64,000 nt of DNA, taken from assembly GCF_018977255.1 (NCBI RefSeq), contig NW_024704742.1:45882001-45946000 (forward strand), in the 5' to 3' direction. Source of the DNA: Callorhinchus milii. Lineage: Eukaryota. A program made the position numbers and the translations under genes. The notes beneath the pieces are model-generated. The model was given only the letters and a program-made list of their open reading frames with translations. It had not been told where the DNA came from and searched no databases. Position 1 is the first letter of the stretch, and each line of letters starts with the position of its first letter. This document shows positions 61,380 to 64,000 of the stretch, piece after piece.

Positions 61380-61765
61380 TAATCATTGGATTTAATAAAG
61401 TGCCTTTCAAGTTAGCAGGATGTCTCAAAGGGCTTCACAGGATTTACTGTAAAGAGTACTCACTGAGTATTTGTTAGCGAATCCAATCATCAGCAACAAC
61501 AATTTGCATTTATATAGCACCCCTCAAGCAGGGTAGCATTCCAGAGCACTTAATCAGCAATTTCTCACAAATAACAATAAAGTGGTACCATCCACCTGAG
61601 CAGGCAGATAGGATCTCAGTTTAACATCTCATCTGATCAACAATAAACGGCACCCCCCAGCACTGCACTGGAATGTGAACTCTGGACTGTGAGTTCATTC
61701 CCGTTGTTGGTCATGAATTCATAACCTTCTAACTCAGATCTTACAGACTCAACCAGTCTGACACA
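61380..61765 (-). mobile_element. decayed Deu-domain SINE with nested short LINE tail
   Basis: Tail 61385-61450; core CCACCTGAGCAGGCAG..GTTTAACATCTCATCTGA. Confidence 0.6.
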
Positions 61766-62129
61766 AATTTTCAGCTGTGCCAATTTTTAACTCGAAAATA
61801 TAAATCAGTACACCTTTCAATGTTCAGCCTCATTAAAAAGGCAGCTTACTCCACTCTTTAATACTGCAAATTGCTTTCTCTCTCGCCTCATTCAAGGTCC
61901 ATCTGAAGACTTACCTTTTTGATGGCACTTTTGGTCAACTATCCTGTCCCCACTCTTCCTGAGCTATACCCCAGCTTAGGTGCCAAGCCAGTATTATTAA
62001 GAATCTTGAGACATCCTTCTGTCATGAAAGACACTAAATAAATGTAAATTTGTGTTGTATTGTTGTGTTTTATCCTATAAATGGCACATTTAGAACCACT
62101 TATGCATTTTTGATGGCTGCATTATAAAA

Positions 62130-62243
62130 CACATTTTGCCCACAAAGTATACAGTCAATTCACTTTACAGTATATTCTGTGAAGTGCTTTGAGATGTCTC
62201 GAAGACGTGATAAGGCGCTATATCAAATACAAGGATTATTATC
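62130..62243 (+). mobile_element. family A SINE 3' part
   Basis: TTGCCCACAAAGTATACAGTCAATTCACTTTACAG..GATGTCTCGAAGACGTGATAAGGCGC. Confidence 0.85.
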
Positions 62244-63122
62244 AATCTAAATGAAAGACAGCAGTAATCTCTGGGTGATGAATAGCTTTCTGATCCATCT
62301 GGTAGTCCAATCACATAAAAAAGGACAACCAAATACTAAGAAAATGAATGAACAAATGTTTAAGATTAATAACAGAACAGTAACTGATATCAGTTGAAAT
62401 TCCACTTTTGTATCATCCCACCAGTTATTTCAATGACATTGTAGACTATCCACTATTATTACAATAATAATAATTCCTTCCATTTGATAATTAAAGATGT
62501 TAATTCAAGATACATTTCAAAAATGAGCCTAACATCTAGGCTTGGAAAACTTCACAAGAAAGATGTTCTATAGTATAATATTGTTCATAGAATCCATAAA
62601 GAATTCTTCAAATGTTCATGTTTCCAAAGTACATCACTGTGGGGAGAGGGGAAAGGTTAGAGAAATAGACATAATGGAGCCAAGATTAGCTGGAAGGTTT
62701 GAATGTCTTCCTTTCCGTGTTGTCTGTTTCCCAAATGGCAATGTTCCAGGCACACATGGTGCCAATATGCAAAAGAGGACAATTAACACCTTATTCTGGA
62801 AGCTCCCTTTCACATATGAATAGAGGCTGAGTGACTTTCAGTCAACCTTCTTGAAAATAAAAAAGGCAACCGCTTAAGTGATATGGCGGGAAGGAAACAA
62901 ATGATGGGAGATCATCATTGATGTTACTGCAAGCAGAGCTACACTGCACCTTCTACAAGATGCAAGTCTAAAAAGTAAAGATAATATACATAAATATTTC
63001 TAAACTGTAGCTTGATTTTATTTCAAAACAGAAGCACGTTTGAGTTTGAATAATTTATTGAATATTTTATTTATAATATAAGCTCTATATAAACCATCTT
63101 TTGCACTGTAAATTTCTATGAT

Positions 63123-63310
63123 TGTGTCAGCCTGACTCAGTTAGTAGCACTCTCGCAACTGAGTCAGAAGGTTCTGGGTTCAAGCCCTATGTCGGACATG
63201 GAACTCATTTAGTCTAAGTTGATACTCCAATGCAGAATTGTTGTACAGTGCAGTTCTTTAGACGAGATGTTAAACTGAGGTTTCATCTCTCAGTTCAGGT
63301 GAAGGTTAGA
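63123..63310 (+). mobile_element. Deu-domain SINE 5' part
   Basis: TGTGTCAGCCTGACTCAGTTAGTAGCACTCTCGC..GGGTTCAAGCCC head; GACGAGATGTTAAACTGAGG core. Confidence 0.8.
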
Positions 63311-63329
63311 GGTAAGTGTTTGTGACACA

Positions 63330-64000
63330 TTGTTCACCTGAAACAAACCTCAATCAAATGGACTTTCCTGACCTTCTGGACCAGCACATTTCATATTCCC
63401 ACAACCCTTGTGTGAAGACATATTTTTTAGTTTTAATTTTAACCGTTTTATCTCTAATTTTAGGTTATGTCCCCTTAGTCTAGATTTCACTTCTGGGAAG
63501 AATTAACAATAAGAATCTGTATATTTGGTAAAGAATCTATCACAACAGAAGCACATCCCAAAGCACTTCACACGATATGTTGTAAAGTGCAGTGACTGAG
63601 TATTTTTGTGGGCAAATCCTATCTACCTTTTCAATTCCCCTCATTATTTCAAACACCTCAAGCAGATCATCTATTTAATGTCCTGGGAATCCATAGGAAA
63701 CTGGATGGGATTTGAGTAAATGTATGACTTAGGTGATTATATGATTTATAAAGATAAGATTTATGTGAGTTTTACTTTATAAATAGAGTAAATCTAGGCC
63801 TGAGTTTAATTGTATAAATATCCAAATGAAATTAATATTAATGTTTCTCTACTCCTTATATGGATTTAGGATTCGAAAGGTGGTTGAGACAAGGACATTG
63901 GACTCATTTAAAAAGCAGCTTGATGTAGTGATGGGGGATAATAGGGTGGAGGTTCTGGAGGGAAAAGATCAGAAGGGCTGAAGTGCCGCTTTCATCCAAA
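63330..64000. mobile_element. CR1-type fragments (minus ~63330-63500 and ~63620-63720; plus 3' end 63870-64000)
   Basis: TTCCATATTCCCACAACCC-like and TTATGTCCCCTTAGTCTAGA motifs; CATTTAAAAAGCAGCTTGATG..AAGGGCTGAA. Confidence 0.55.

Overview
Eukaryotic, AT-rich, repeat-dense vertebrate DNA that looks intronic or intergenic. I recognise no host protein-coding gene, rRNA, true tRNA gene or CRISPR array. The repeat mix (L2 and CR1 LINEs, Deu-domain tRNA SINEs, a second tRNA-Ala-derived SINE with an L2-type tail) fits a cartilaginous fish best; this is an inference. Nearly all long ORFs in the track are L2/CR1 ORF2 fragments or their shadow frames. Main elements: a near full-length single-ORF L2 (29284-32810, minus) carrying a nested SINE, two more young L2 copies sharing frameshifts with it, a hAT MITE, a composite non-autonomous Helitron, and an unclassified A-tailed repeat family with a conserved hairpin. 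The most unusual signals are local templated rearrangements. These are a 346-bp, ~97% inverted duplication, two 41-49-bp direct duplications, and perfected palindromes, one of which forms a perfect IR1 nuclear-receptor site. Several plus-strand exon-like segments are low-confidence candidates only. Boundaries of old repeats are approximate and were estimated by eye.
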